From NCBI RefSeq assembly GCF_009834535.1, contig NC_045696.1:28026001-28090000 (forward strand): DNA of 64,000 nucleotides. The letters run 5' to 3'. The notes beneath the pieces were generated by a model. The model saw only the letters and a list, made by a program, of their open reading frames with translations. It was not told where the DNA came from and did no database searches. The position numbers were made by a program, and so were the translations under genes. Positions 23,531 to 34,640 of the stretch are shown here, in pieces. This stretch comes from Camelus ferus. Lineage: Eukaryota. Each line of letters begins with the position of its first letter. The first letter of the stretch is position 1.

Positions 23531-25584
23531 TGATGTGGTTAATTTTAGTTCTACCTTGCAAATGATGAAAGTGAGACTACAAAGTTTTAGGAATTTTCCA
23601 AGTACATGTAACTTAGTCTGGCTGCAAAGAACTTGTTCTATACTGTGCTACTTTTAAGCTAATTTATAAGTAAAATATTATGAGGTGATATTTTGGGGTG
23701 GGAATGTATGTGATATTTGTGCACACGTAAGTATACAGAGGACGGCATATATTTGGGGATACAGTATAATCCTCAGTGATTTTTGAGGATTCTGGGACTG
23801 CTCCCTAACCATATATTTCTAGAAAAAAGTCCTCTCTAGGATGGTGCAGCCCAAGGAAATGGGAATTTGTCTTTTTAATCTTATTCCTGCATTGATACTT
23901 TATAATGAAAATGACATGTCCCACTGTGTCTTCCCAGGGCTACCCAGCCGTTTTACAGGGTTTAAGTTCAACGAGGAGGACTAATATCTACGTCTAAATG
24001 AAATAAAATGTCTCATGGTGTGACCTTTTCTTCCCACCTGCTTTCCAATGGGATGAAGACTTCCAGAGTAAAAAGCATGGACATTTTATCAATATCAAAG
24101 ACACATGAGTGTGGTTTCCCCATATCAGGTTTTGGTTGTCTGTAGAGACAGTTTCAAACACTCATTGCCATCTCTTGGTTGAATCACTAGCAAAATGCCC
24201 AATGGGTGGGCATCAATCATCTGAGACAAAAGCACTCATTAGGAGATAGGAACAGCCAACTTTCTCACTCAAGAAGAGAAAGATTCCCCTACGTTCCCTC
24301 CACTGACCCTCCCTGCACAAGTCCCTGATCCTGTGATGTTGAAAGCGAGACTCAGTCACCAGGTTCACCGCTGATCTATATTTTTGTTGATTTACTCATT
24401 AAATCTCTTAAACAAATGCTGGGTTGAGTAGTTACAGGACAGAAGCAGGGCACTGAGGAACGGGTTTCCCATGCCCCAGGAAGTGTGAACACTCATCCCT
24501 GAGCATGTACCATGGAGTTGCTCTGGGAATGACAAATCTACACACATGGTTCACATAAAATTAGATAACTGAAGTGGAACCACACCTTTAGGCACACTGC
24601 AGGGTTGAGCAGCATAGTACTGATTTGAGAACAGACACTTGCTTATTATAAGTTACAGGGTACATTCATCCAGCAACAAACAGTACATCAGCATTGGTAC
24701 TTCCTTCTCATTGATAACTTTCAATATATAAAATTACACAGCGGGGATGTTAAGACAGTTTTTATAGTGGCTAGGTTCAAGACTGATTTGATGTGAACAG
24801 GACTAGGCGTGTGTCCAGATACACCTATAAACACTAGATTCTATGAAAAAGAGAAGCACATTCTCCAATTCCAATGTGGCCATTCTTGAGTATGACTTGG
24901 TGCTACTCTCAGAGTGGTGACCAGTCTTAGATGCCAATACTCACTTTTGGTAACAGCAGGATTTTGAATCATTGCCTGCCTCCACCATTCAGAGGCAAGC
25001 CATCAGCACGGTGGGAGCACCGGTTGGCGCACAAGTAGAAGAAAGCACCTGTAGAGGGGCTCTCGTGGTGCTGTCCTCCTCTGCTTGGTGGAGAATCTGG
25101 GGTCACTGACAGTGGATGATGAGACAGAGTGTTTGTACTCAGTGTTACTAACTGAATTACTCTTTGAAGGGAAGGTTTGCTTTAGAAAGGATTCTGGTCT
25201 CTCACTGGCTAAGAGATACTGTAAGAACAATCCAGTTATACCAGAATGAATGTATGAGGGGGGAAAATCAAGATTTCAAGCAAAGCTACTTTGAGCAGAT
25301 TGATTTTACTTGTATTAAATTCATTAACTCATTGTACTTTAACTAAGCACCATTTATACTTAGACATGAAAAGAATGAGGGTGAGGACAAAAAAACTGTA
25401 TTTCCCTCAAGGAGCTTATAATATAAAGAATTTTTGATGTTTAATGTACAATATATGATGCACACACACTGATAAAACATGTAAGTGAGAGAGCTTAGAA
25501 AACACATACATCACATACTATGGAGATCTGGGAAGAAGTTCCACAGGAAATGTGGATCTACTTTAAAAATAATGTAGTTCCCTT

Positions 25585-26197
25585 ATTCTTTAACTTATAA
25601 AAAATAGGATCTCTGGAAGTTTGTACCTCGTAATCTCCTTTGTCTATTTCACTCATACCCCAACCATGCTCCAGTCTGGCAACCACCAGTTTGTTCTCTG
25701 TATCTGTGAGTCTGTTTCTGTTTTATTTTATTTTTTAGATTCCACAAATAAGTGAAATCATATGGTATTTATCTTTCTCTGTCTTATTTATTTCATTTAG
25801 TGTAATACTCTCCAAGTCCATCCATGTTGCCACAAATGGCAATATTTTATTTTTTTTATGGCTGAGTAATAATAAATATATATATATACACACACATACA
25901 CCTCACATCTTTATATCCATTCATCTACGGATGGACACTTAGGTTGCTTCCCTATCTTGGCTACTGTAAATAGTGCTGCAGTGAACATAGTAGTACAAAT
26001 ATCTTTTCCAATTAGCATTTTTGTTTTCTTCACATAAGTAAGTCACAGGGATGTAATGTACACATAGGGAAAATAGTCAACATATTGTACCAACTTCATA
26101 TGGTGACAGATGGTAACTGATCATTTCATAACGTATGAAAATACCTAATTACACTTGAGACTAATACAGAATTGTATGTTAACATAACTCAGTAAAC
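25585..26197. mobile_element. 5'-inverted L1 (L1MA9-like): antisense segment about 25585-26036 joined to a sense 3' end about 26037-26197
   Basis: Antisense ORF2 end and 3'UTR (ttagattccacaaataagtga..., catctacggatggacacttaggttgcttcc) is followed by sense aagtcacagggatgtaatgtac...ttgtatgttaacataactca. Confidence 0.8.
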
Positions 26198-27510
26198 AAC
26201 AGGGTCCCAGAGTTAAGGATTTGTTTTTATTCCTCACCTCATCCTCATCTATAAGAAGCACTATTCCTTGGTTAACACGAACATGTTTCTGGTGGCGACC
26301 TAACTTCACTGAAGAGCTATCACTCCCTGAAGCAGCGGGGTTGATAAGCCAAAGTGTAAGACAAGTGAGGCTTTTACAGCACTCTCTCACATACAGAGTG
26401 AGAAGCACTTTAGAAAATGGCTCTATACACGTCACATGATGCCATTTGGAACGTGAAATAACTTTTATTCAATAGCCAAGTCTGAGTCCTTATAATATGA
26501 ACGGATTTCATTGTTTTAGTAAACAAAAAACCCACCCTCTTCCTAAGATCATGGCTTATGTTCCAATACATGCTTAGAAAAACTGAATAATGTATTATTG
26601 CACAATGGTGAAATATTGGGGGGAACTAATTCCTAGTATAGGTACAGACCAGAATGAATAATTCAGTCACTTTAAAACAATGACCCTTGGAATAAGAATT
26701 AGTGGGACATATAAGAAAATCCTTCCAAAGGGGTTTACAGCATAGAAATAACTTTTAACCAACAACTGAAATTTGGAGATAGGGGTAGCATTGAGTAAGT
26801 AGCCTCACTTAGTAAGAAATATATTCACTTCGCAGTTAAAGAGTGAAAGCTGTTCTGGATTTATACTGTTTTAAGTTTTGTAAAATAAACTTTGTTGCCA
26901 AATTTTCTTTATTCTCTACCTCTAGTCAAGACTGGAAACTGTGCAGACCTTTTGGCTCTCAAAACAAGCAAAGTATGGGCAGGGGGAGAGAAAGAAAATA
27001 TTAATCTTGGCAAAGAAAAGCTCTTAACTATTCAAGATTTATGCCCCTCTTTGTGTGGTATCCAGATATTAGCAGAACAGCAAACTCGTAGTGACTATGA
27101 TATCCCTGGGGTGGCATTTAAACATCTTGTCATTTATGTGACAAAATAAATGTAGAATTTTATTTGAGCCAGGAGTAAAAAGATCTTTGAAAGGGTGATT
27201 TTTTCCCAAATCTCTCTTTTCAAGCATGTAAGGTAGAATCACCCCATTTTATAGGTGAGTAAACTGAGGGTGCTCAGAAATTAAAGTATTTTTATTTCTT
27301 TTTGCACTCATATGTTCCTTTATAATTAACAATATATGGATAATGGGGGACTTCTTTATCTCACATCCTATGATATTCTATAGACTAAGAAGCAAAAGGT
27401 CTGAGACTATTTTTTCATAGAGTACTGAAAGTGAGAAAAAACAGCCTTCTTTCATCGTAAACCTGTACTCTGATTTAAGAGGCTACCGACTGCAATGGAA
27501 AAGTTATTAG

Positions 27511-27571
27511 ACAGTGTCACCTAAAATGTGTTCTGCAGAACAATAAGCCCATACACACACACACACACACA

Positions 27572-27602
<31 letters not shown>

Positions 27603-27640
27603 ACCTCTAGTCAAATGTGTTTGGACAACAATAAGCACTG
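27511..27640. mobile_element. Possible hAT-Charlie MITE remnant hosting the CA repeat
   Basis: cagtgtcacctaaaatgtgttctgcagaaca... resembles a MER5/Charlie-type terminus; weak match. Confidence 0.35.
27553..27598 (+). repeat. (CA)n microsatellite, interrupted
   Basis: acacacacacacacacac-a-acacacacacacacacacacacacaca. Confidence 0.95.
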
Positions 27641-29859
27641 TGTTTCATGACTATTCCCTGTGAAATTAACACATCTGAGATACAAAAAAGATGCACTATT
27701 GTCTTACGTGATTCAAAGGTATTTTCAGTTTCATGTGTGAGATTCAATGCAGCATTCACATCAATTAAAGTAGTGAGTTTTCCTTCCTATGACTTGTGCA
27801 ATAAAAGCACTCATCTCCTAACTCTCAGATGAGTGCTTATGTATTTTATATTTTTAAATTGAGTGTGGGCACAAAGGGGAAGCTGTCCTGATACAAAATT
27901 TTGTAGAAGCAACCTCTGTTCTCTTCCGGAATGGCCAATTCACAAATTTAATAGAAAAACATGTATACATTTTAAATATGCAAAGTATAACCATGTGAAA
28001 CACTCTAATGTTCACTCCCAAGTGAATTCCCTGAACCAATAAAAATTATTTTCCAATTTAATAGCTCATGGTACCCAGTCATTAGCTTGGAATTGGCAGA
28101 TAGTTGGTAGTTTATGTAGGGAATGAGAAGCAGATCATTCTGTTCGTTAGGCTTCAATTCCTGCCTGGATGTGTTAAATCCCAAGGAAATGCACCAGTGT
28201 GCAATATATGCATTTTGTAAACTTTCACACTGCAGTTCCCCAGAGGCTCAGGCTACAATCAGTTCTTAGTTACTAGGACATAACGGCATATTAAATATAT
28301 ATTGAACATTCACTATTGCTAAGGCAATTACAGTTCACATCGACAAACGGAAATACAAGCCTCTGCATTATTTTTCTAACCTCCATAACGAAAGAAACAG
28401 ACTGCTCCTTCAAGTAGGTGTGAAATTCCACTTTAGGTCCGAGCTACTCCAATTTCACAGTCGAATCATAGATTTGTCCCAGAGCCCCACTGAGTAAATC
28501 TCACATTTGCATGCACTCAAGCTCATTACCGAATGTGATCACGATGAGATTCGACACCTCCATTTATTTGTCGTCAGGGACTGGGTTTTAAATTTGAACG
28601 AACCTTAATTGTGCTTATCCCACAGCAAGCCAGGGTGATTTCTGTCCTGTCTTGACTTGTCATAACAAAATTTCCACTTCTAAAACACTCTTTCAATAAT
28701 TCTACTCTTTGATCAGCTTTCCAGTGCAGTATTCTGACAGATACTGAATTTATATCATGCCATATACACACGTAGGATACAGGGTTATCATTTCATGTGA
28801 TTTCTTTTTGAGAAGGTAATAATTTGAACATTTTCTATTAGAGTACACATAAAATGCTCATTCAAAAATGAATCTTAATATCAACTGCCAGAAATTTAGA
28901 ACAGGATATAAGAAAAAATTTTTCACTCTGTGGTAAATAAAATGCTGTATGTCAGATATGCACCAAATGTCATTTTTTTGAACAGTACAATTGACATAAG
29001 TAGGGTCTTCAAAAAAAGTAACTCTATTCAAAATTTTATTAAACCTTACATTATTACTAAATATCACAAAATTTAAAAGGGTAGCTTCCTTTTCAGTGTC
29101 AAAAATTAAAGAATTACAACCTAATTTTACATGTTATAATAATAATCCCAATGAAGATCTCAAACAATGCAGAATGCGTCTGTGACACAGGCATACTGAC
29201 TATTATTCTATTCTATGTGTTGAGGAGAGCCTAGGCTGTTTGCTTTTTAACTGTCTTAACACAAATTAGTTCTTACTGCGTTGCAATCACAAAGAAAAAA
29301 AGAATTGATTTCCCATCACTCATTATAAAATTTTATGTTTAGTTGATAAATAGTGAACTGATAAGTGAGAAATCAATAGACTCAGCTTCTTTTAGCATCT
29401 TTGGCTGCATAGATAAATAACAATACTGGTTATAAGTTATTTTCTACTGACAAATTTTAAGACCAGCTTTACTCCACTCTCTACTTTTGAAAATTAAATA
29501 ATCTAGAATATCATTAGCTCAAAATGTCTCTATACATACATTTAACTTCAGTTAACATATTTTCTACCCCATATGCACTTATTAGTTCTGTGCAATTTCA
29601 TGATACTGATCTAGGTTTCATAGGACCTAGGAGGGGAGAATAATACTGGTACTTAAATTGCTTACAGTTCAATGGGTGATAACTTATAACTGTACAAACG
29701 ATAATTCTTTCTAAATAATATAGTATTAAGTCACATAAGCACTGCAAAAATAAAATGCTTTGGAACTGCTCAAAAAGAAATGTGACTAGTTGGTGATGAC
29801 AAAGCAAGAGAGATTAGAGGGAAAGTGAACATTTCAGCAGTGATATAAAGGATTGTTAA

Positions 29860-29968
29860 GGGGGGAGGGTATAGCTTAGTGGTAGAGTGTGTGCTTAGCA
29901 TGCACGAGGTCCTGGGCATTAATCCCTAGTACTGCCACCAAAAAAAAAAAAAAAAAAGAAAGAAAAAG
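29860..29968 (+). mobile_element. Camelid tRNA-derived SINE (Vic-1-like) with poly(A) tail
   Basis: ggggggagggtatagcttagtggtagagtgtgtgcttagcatgcacgaggtcctgggc..aatccctagtactgccacc followed by an A-tail. Both flanks share tgttaa. Confidence 0.9.
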
Positions 29969-30259
29969 AGAAGATGGTGTTAAAATGTATACTTATGACA
30001 AACGTACAGAAGCTTATCTTCAGGCAGTGGGAGTGGCATTAGCAAAACCATGGAAAAAGAAAGACATGGCCCAAATATGGGTAATCGTGTCTGTTGTGTA
30101 GTATAAGTGTGTGTGCTTAAACTTAAGATGCACAGTAAAAGATAGATTTGAAAAGATATGTTGGGCACAAGACCCTAGAAAAACAGAATGACACTGTAGT
30201 AAGAATTAACTTATTCATAAGGCCAAATTGCTGAAAAAGGAAAGATCTGGGTAGGCTGC

Positions 30260-30460
30260 TTGATATAGTAGAAAGTAGATTGCACTCAGAGCTGGAAGGC
30301 GCACACTTCAGTCATCTCAGAGATCTGAACAGGTCCCTTAAACTTTTAAACTTCACAGTTCTGATCTGTAAAGTAGAGCGACTGATACGTAACTCAGGAC
30401 TTACTGTGAGAAGTAACTTAGAGAACAAAGGTTGGTGAGTCTATGAACACGGTACAGAGA
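30260..30460 (+). mobile_element. MIR fragment
   Basis: tgatatagtagaaagtag...cttcacagttctgatctgtaaagt...aactcaggacttactgtgagaagtaa. Confidence 0.6.
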
Positions 30461-31624
30461 AGATACATGTTTGCTCAAAAAGTATGACCCCTTACCCTTA
30501 AAAAAGTTAAGTTGGCATAGTGTATGGAATGACTGAATTTGGATTTAGAAAAATGCCGAGGTAAATTGGTCCTAAGCTTTGGTGTGACAATGGGAAAAGA
30601 AAATAAAAATGCAACTATTTATAAAGACTTTTAGTCACTACAGTTTCATGTTAAGAGAGGAAATCTGTTATTAATTATATTTAATATATTGTCATTTGCA
30701 ATGTTTTTTACATGTTAAAAATGTAAGTTAGATTGTATTCAAGATTACCCTTCACCTTGTCTCATGTTGTTTGATCCAGCCTCAGAATGGTTGCTGAGCT
30801 CAGAACCTCAATTGGCAGAAATCCCAAGGTTGGCCACATTTTTGATGACACTGGCCAAAGCTATTTGAACCAGGAAGACACCTAATTCCTGGGCAGTCAA
30901 ACTACCGCATGAGTAATAATCAATTAAACTAGTTGGTCTATTTCTATTAATTTTCAGTGTGAAATATAGAGCTGGTAAGGGGTGAAGAAGCAGAAAGATG
31001 GAAGAAAGAGAAGACAATGTACTGATTTACATTAGTGATGCAGTAGAATAAAGATGAAGGATATTCTGACAGCGAGGTAAATTGACTGCCAAAGCTGTTT
31101 TGGACCCAGACAGATGTCTGAGCTGCATGTTCAGTAGGCCTTGTGACCAAAAAAGTTGAGATTTTGGCCTTGTTATGGAGCTGAGCTTTTCCTGGTTTTC
31201 TGTCAGGCTTGGTTACTTGGTTAACACTCTGGTCTTCTTTATTGCCATCGGTTTCTTTTCAGTAAAACCTTAAAGATTTCTTATAACCTGAAGAATCTCC
31301 TTAGCAAAAGAGCCTAACCAACAGCAAAATTATAACTTTCTCAACAAAATCCATTCTATTATCTATCTTGAGTGACAGAATGGCACTCTTAGAGCTAATA
31401 TACCAGGAATTGCATATAACCTGCAATTTATCCAATCAATGGGTACATCAGTGGAGTGTGCCATGCATGCTAATACGATTTGTCATGTGTGTTGAAGCAG
31501 ATCAAAATATGTGGCTTCTTTGTCATATAATTCTAAAAATTAATATGGCTCTTCAGTAAATTCATGCAAGATGGTGTGTTCTACATTTTTTTAAAGAAAA
31601 ACCTATTTTCCCTTTTATTAGCAT

Positions 31625-31690
31625 TTGGTTCAGTTAAGTTCAACAAGCATTTATTAGCTGCCGACTACATACTCAGCACTGGGTACTTCA
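31625..31690 (-). mobile_element. L2 3'-terminal fragment
   Basis: ttcaacaagcatttattagctgccgactacatactcagcactggg. Confidence 0.6.
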
Positions 31691-31756
31691 TTTTCATTTA
31701 TACAATGGTCAGCTGTCACCTCATTTTCCTCATCAAGCTCTTCCAAACAGAATTAC

Positions 31757-31825
31757 TGTATGAGCTTCTTAAGGCTCCCATAACAAAGTACCACAAACGG
31801 AGGGGTTCAAACAGTGGAATTTTGC
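31757..31825 (-). mobile_element. MLT1 LTR terminal fragment
   Basis: tgtatgagcttcttaaggctcccataacaaagtaccacaaacggaggggttcaaacagtggaattt. Confidence 0.6.
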
Positions 31826-34149
31826 ATATTTTACATTTGCTTTCATAAAATTACATGTCAAAGTGTCTTTCAGTATTGTAATGCGTATCTGTAAACCTTT
31901 ACTTTTAACTCTTTGAATGCACAGAATCAGTTAACTTCAGTTCTTAGAGGATTTTTAAATACATTTGATCAAGTCTAAGTTACCATGATTTGTAAGATAT
32001 ATTATGTATGTATCCCTCCTCAGAGTCACCACTGCCAAATATTACTGTGAAAGTCATTGCATTTCAGAAAAAGTAACGTAAAAAAGTGTACCTTAGAATT
32101 GTTGAATCTAAGTACATAATAAATCATCTACTTACTTAAAATGTTCTTGTTGATGATGATTACAAAATAACCATTATAGAGATGTAATTAGTTTTCTAGT
32201 TACCTGCAATTAAGACTCAAACTTGAGTTTCCTCAACCATAGGTCAGTGTAATTTCCACCCATCATATTGCATGAAATTATATGTAATCTACAGTTACAA
32301 GAGATGATAATTATTTTCTTACTTCCTCCAATACATTGTTGTATTAATCTATGTATTTATTCATTCAATAGACTTTTACAAAATATTTTACTACATATAT
32401 GCACATATACTATATATACTATTGTAAAAATTAGTAAAAAATTATCATTTCCACTAAATAAAATGTTACTTCCTACTTCTGTGGATAGTTTTATGGTAGA
32501 TTATTCATATTTTAATAAAATTTAGGGAATATACTTTAATTCCCCCTAATTAGTAATCAACTCTCCACTTTACTCCATACATATAATATTTAGCCATATT
32601 CTCTTCCACAGCTATATTCAATGAAACGTTTTTAATTTTTAAAGAGGAAATTGTTTATCGCACTTTCGTGTTACTATGAACTGATAGTTATCTCTGTCTT
32701 ATAAAGAAAATTAATCTTCATCATACAAAGGTTATCACTTAACCACTCCCATTACTCTAATCACTGTCTATGACTTTTAATTCAAAGAGTTCCAGTGATT
32801 TACTTCCCTTGCATTTTTAGAGGATCAATAAAATTCCTGTAGTTGAATTTAAGCCATTTTATTTTATAAAAAGAAATTTGAAACTATGTGGAATTTCTGC
32901 CTGTCTTGATATCTGTTACTGTATCTGTATGATCAAAAGCTTTGGTCAAGAAATGTCAGTGTCATCTCTAATTAAAAAAAAAAAAGGTTTTAACAATTAA
33001 CAAAAGAAACACTAACTGCAACAGTAATTTTCTTATTCTAAAAAAAGAAGTTTTTTATTCTAAAAATTTTCAATTCTGAAAGGAGAAAAAAAAGCCTGTA
33101 ATGTCAGAAGATATTTGAATAAATAAAGTAACTCAATTTTCAAGTAGTGTCTTCATACATACTTTTATCAAACCTTTTGAGGATCTTTTGGGCTAATGAT
33201 TAGTCCAGTATCTAACTCAGTTATTTCTGTACATACGGAGAAAATCGTGTAAATTTTAAAAATGCATATCCACTGTCACCTTCATTCACTTCAACTTTGA
33301 ATACTTGTTCATATATGAATTAGTGATTATATAATCTTAAGATATATGATTAAAAAGAATAATTTTCATTGCAATTGTATATTTCCCATTATCCTTGGAA
33401 AGATAATATTTTTTTCCTGCAAAAAATTGTTTTCCAGAGCCCTCAAGCCTGTGACAGCATGACAAATGAGGGAAAGATACACAGGTCTGTTAAATCTCAT
33501 CTTTGATAAGCAGTCTATGGGGCTCATGCTTTGAATCAATAAACTTTAATAGACATCGAGTCCTTCATTCAGGTATCCAATCAGTGTTTGATTCATTGTT
33601 ATTTAGTTATGTTGTAATAATGAGCCTGATTAGAAGAGCCTGTCAAAGCTGTGAAATGATTTAATGAATTTGGAGCTCGTGCATTCTAGTATTAGCTCTA
33701 AGTAAACTGGTGCTGGAGGGTAAATGTGGTTGCATTTTAAGATCTGAACTACATGAGGTATATTAGAATAATATTTCTTCAAGTTATATAATCTTGCTTT
33801 TCTGTTACATATATGGTCTTGGGTTAAATTAAAACTCTATAATACAGTTAGTTAAATATAATTTACAGTTAAACGTGATCACATTATCATAGCATGTTGC
33901 AGAAGAAAAAAAGCACCGAATACCTTATTAATACATGTTTGCAAATACTTTTTTCCCCCTTTGAGTGGAACATTCGTTTGGTACACAACACAGGAAATTT
34001 ATATGCAATCACAGACCATTAATACACCTGTTGGTTGTATGATATTATAAACATACACCTTAAATTTACACAATGTTTATTACAAAATGAAAGCAAATTT
34101 TCAGAAGATAAACAGATTTAAGAGTATTAAACGTTCATATTTAATGGTG

Positions 34150-34640
34150 TGGGTCTCCTGAAAGAAGGGATAAGGCTTGGAGTAAGAATTCCTACAATAA
34201 GAGATATCTGAGCTGAGTCCTGTGACACTGGGGACATGGGCAAGGTTTTCTAGGCTGAGTATCAGCTTATGTGAAGCCCACGAGGTAAGAAACATAAAGT
34301 TGGGATTGAGGGCTTTCCCCAGTGTACGCTGTTGGAGCTTGGACTGAAGGCAGGAGGAAAGATGAGGATGTAGATTTAAGCACGGATCAGATCAGAGCAC
34401 TGTAAGCCATGCTGTGGATTGTACATTTTATCCCTGAGGTTCCAAGAGGCCAGAAAACTTTTCCAGGAAAGTAATTTGGTGGGATTTGTAGTTTTTGAAG
34501 ACTACCCATGATGCTGTTTGGCGAATGAGCTGAAGCTGAACAAGACAGATGGCAGGTTGTGGGAAATCCAAGCAAGAAATGATGGAAGACTTAACGTAAA
34601 CAAACAACACTGTGGACAAAGAGATCCGGACAGATAACCA
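34150..34640 (-). mobile_element. L2 fragment
   Basis: gagatatctgagctgagtcctg...gatcagatcagagcactgtaagccatgctg...ttttatccctgagg. Confidence 0.6.

Noticed and set aside
25002..25021. RE1/REST-like motif atcagcacggtgggagcacc
   Set aside because: It needs a deletion plus mismatches in the core GGACAG half-site, which is too degenerate to call.
29860..29940. tRNA-like sequence (also 8925-9002)
   Set aside because: It has A/B boxes but no complete cloverleaf, and it carries an A-rich tail and TSD-like flanks. It is a SINE, not a tRNA gene.
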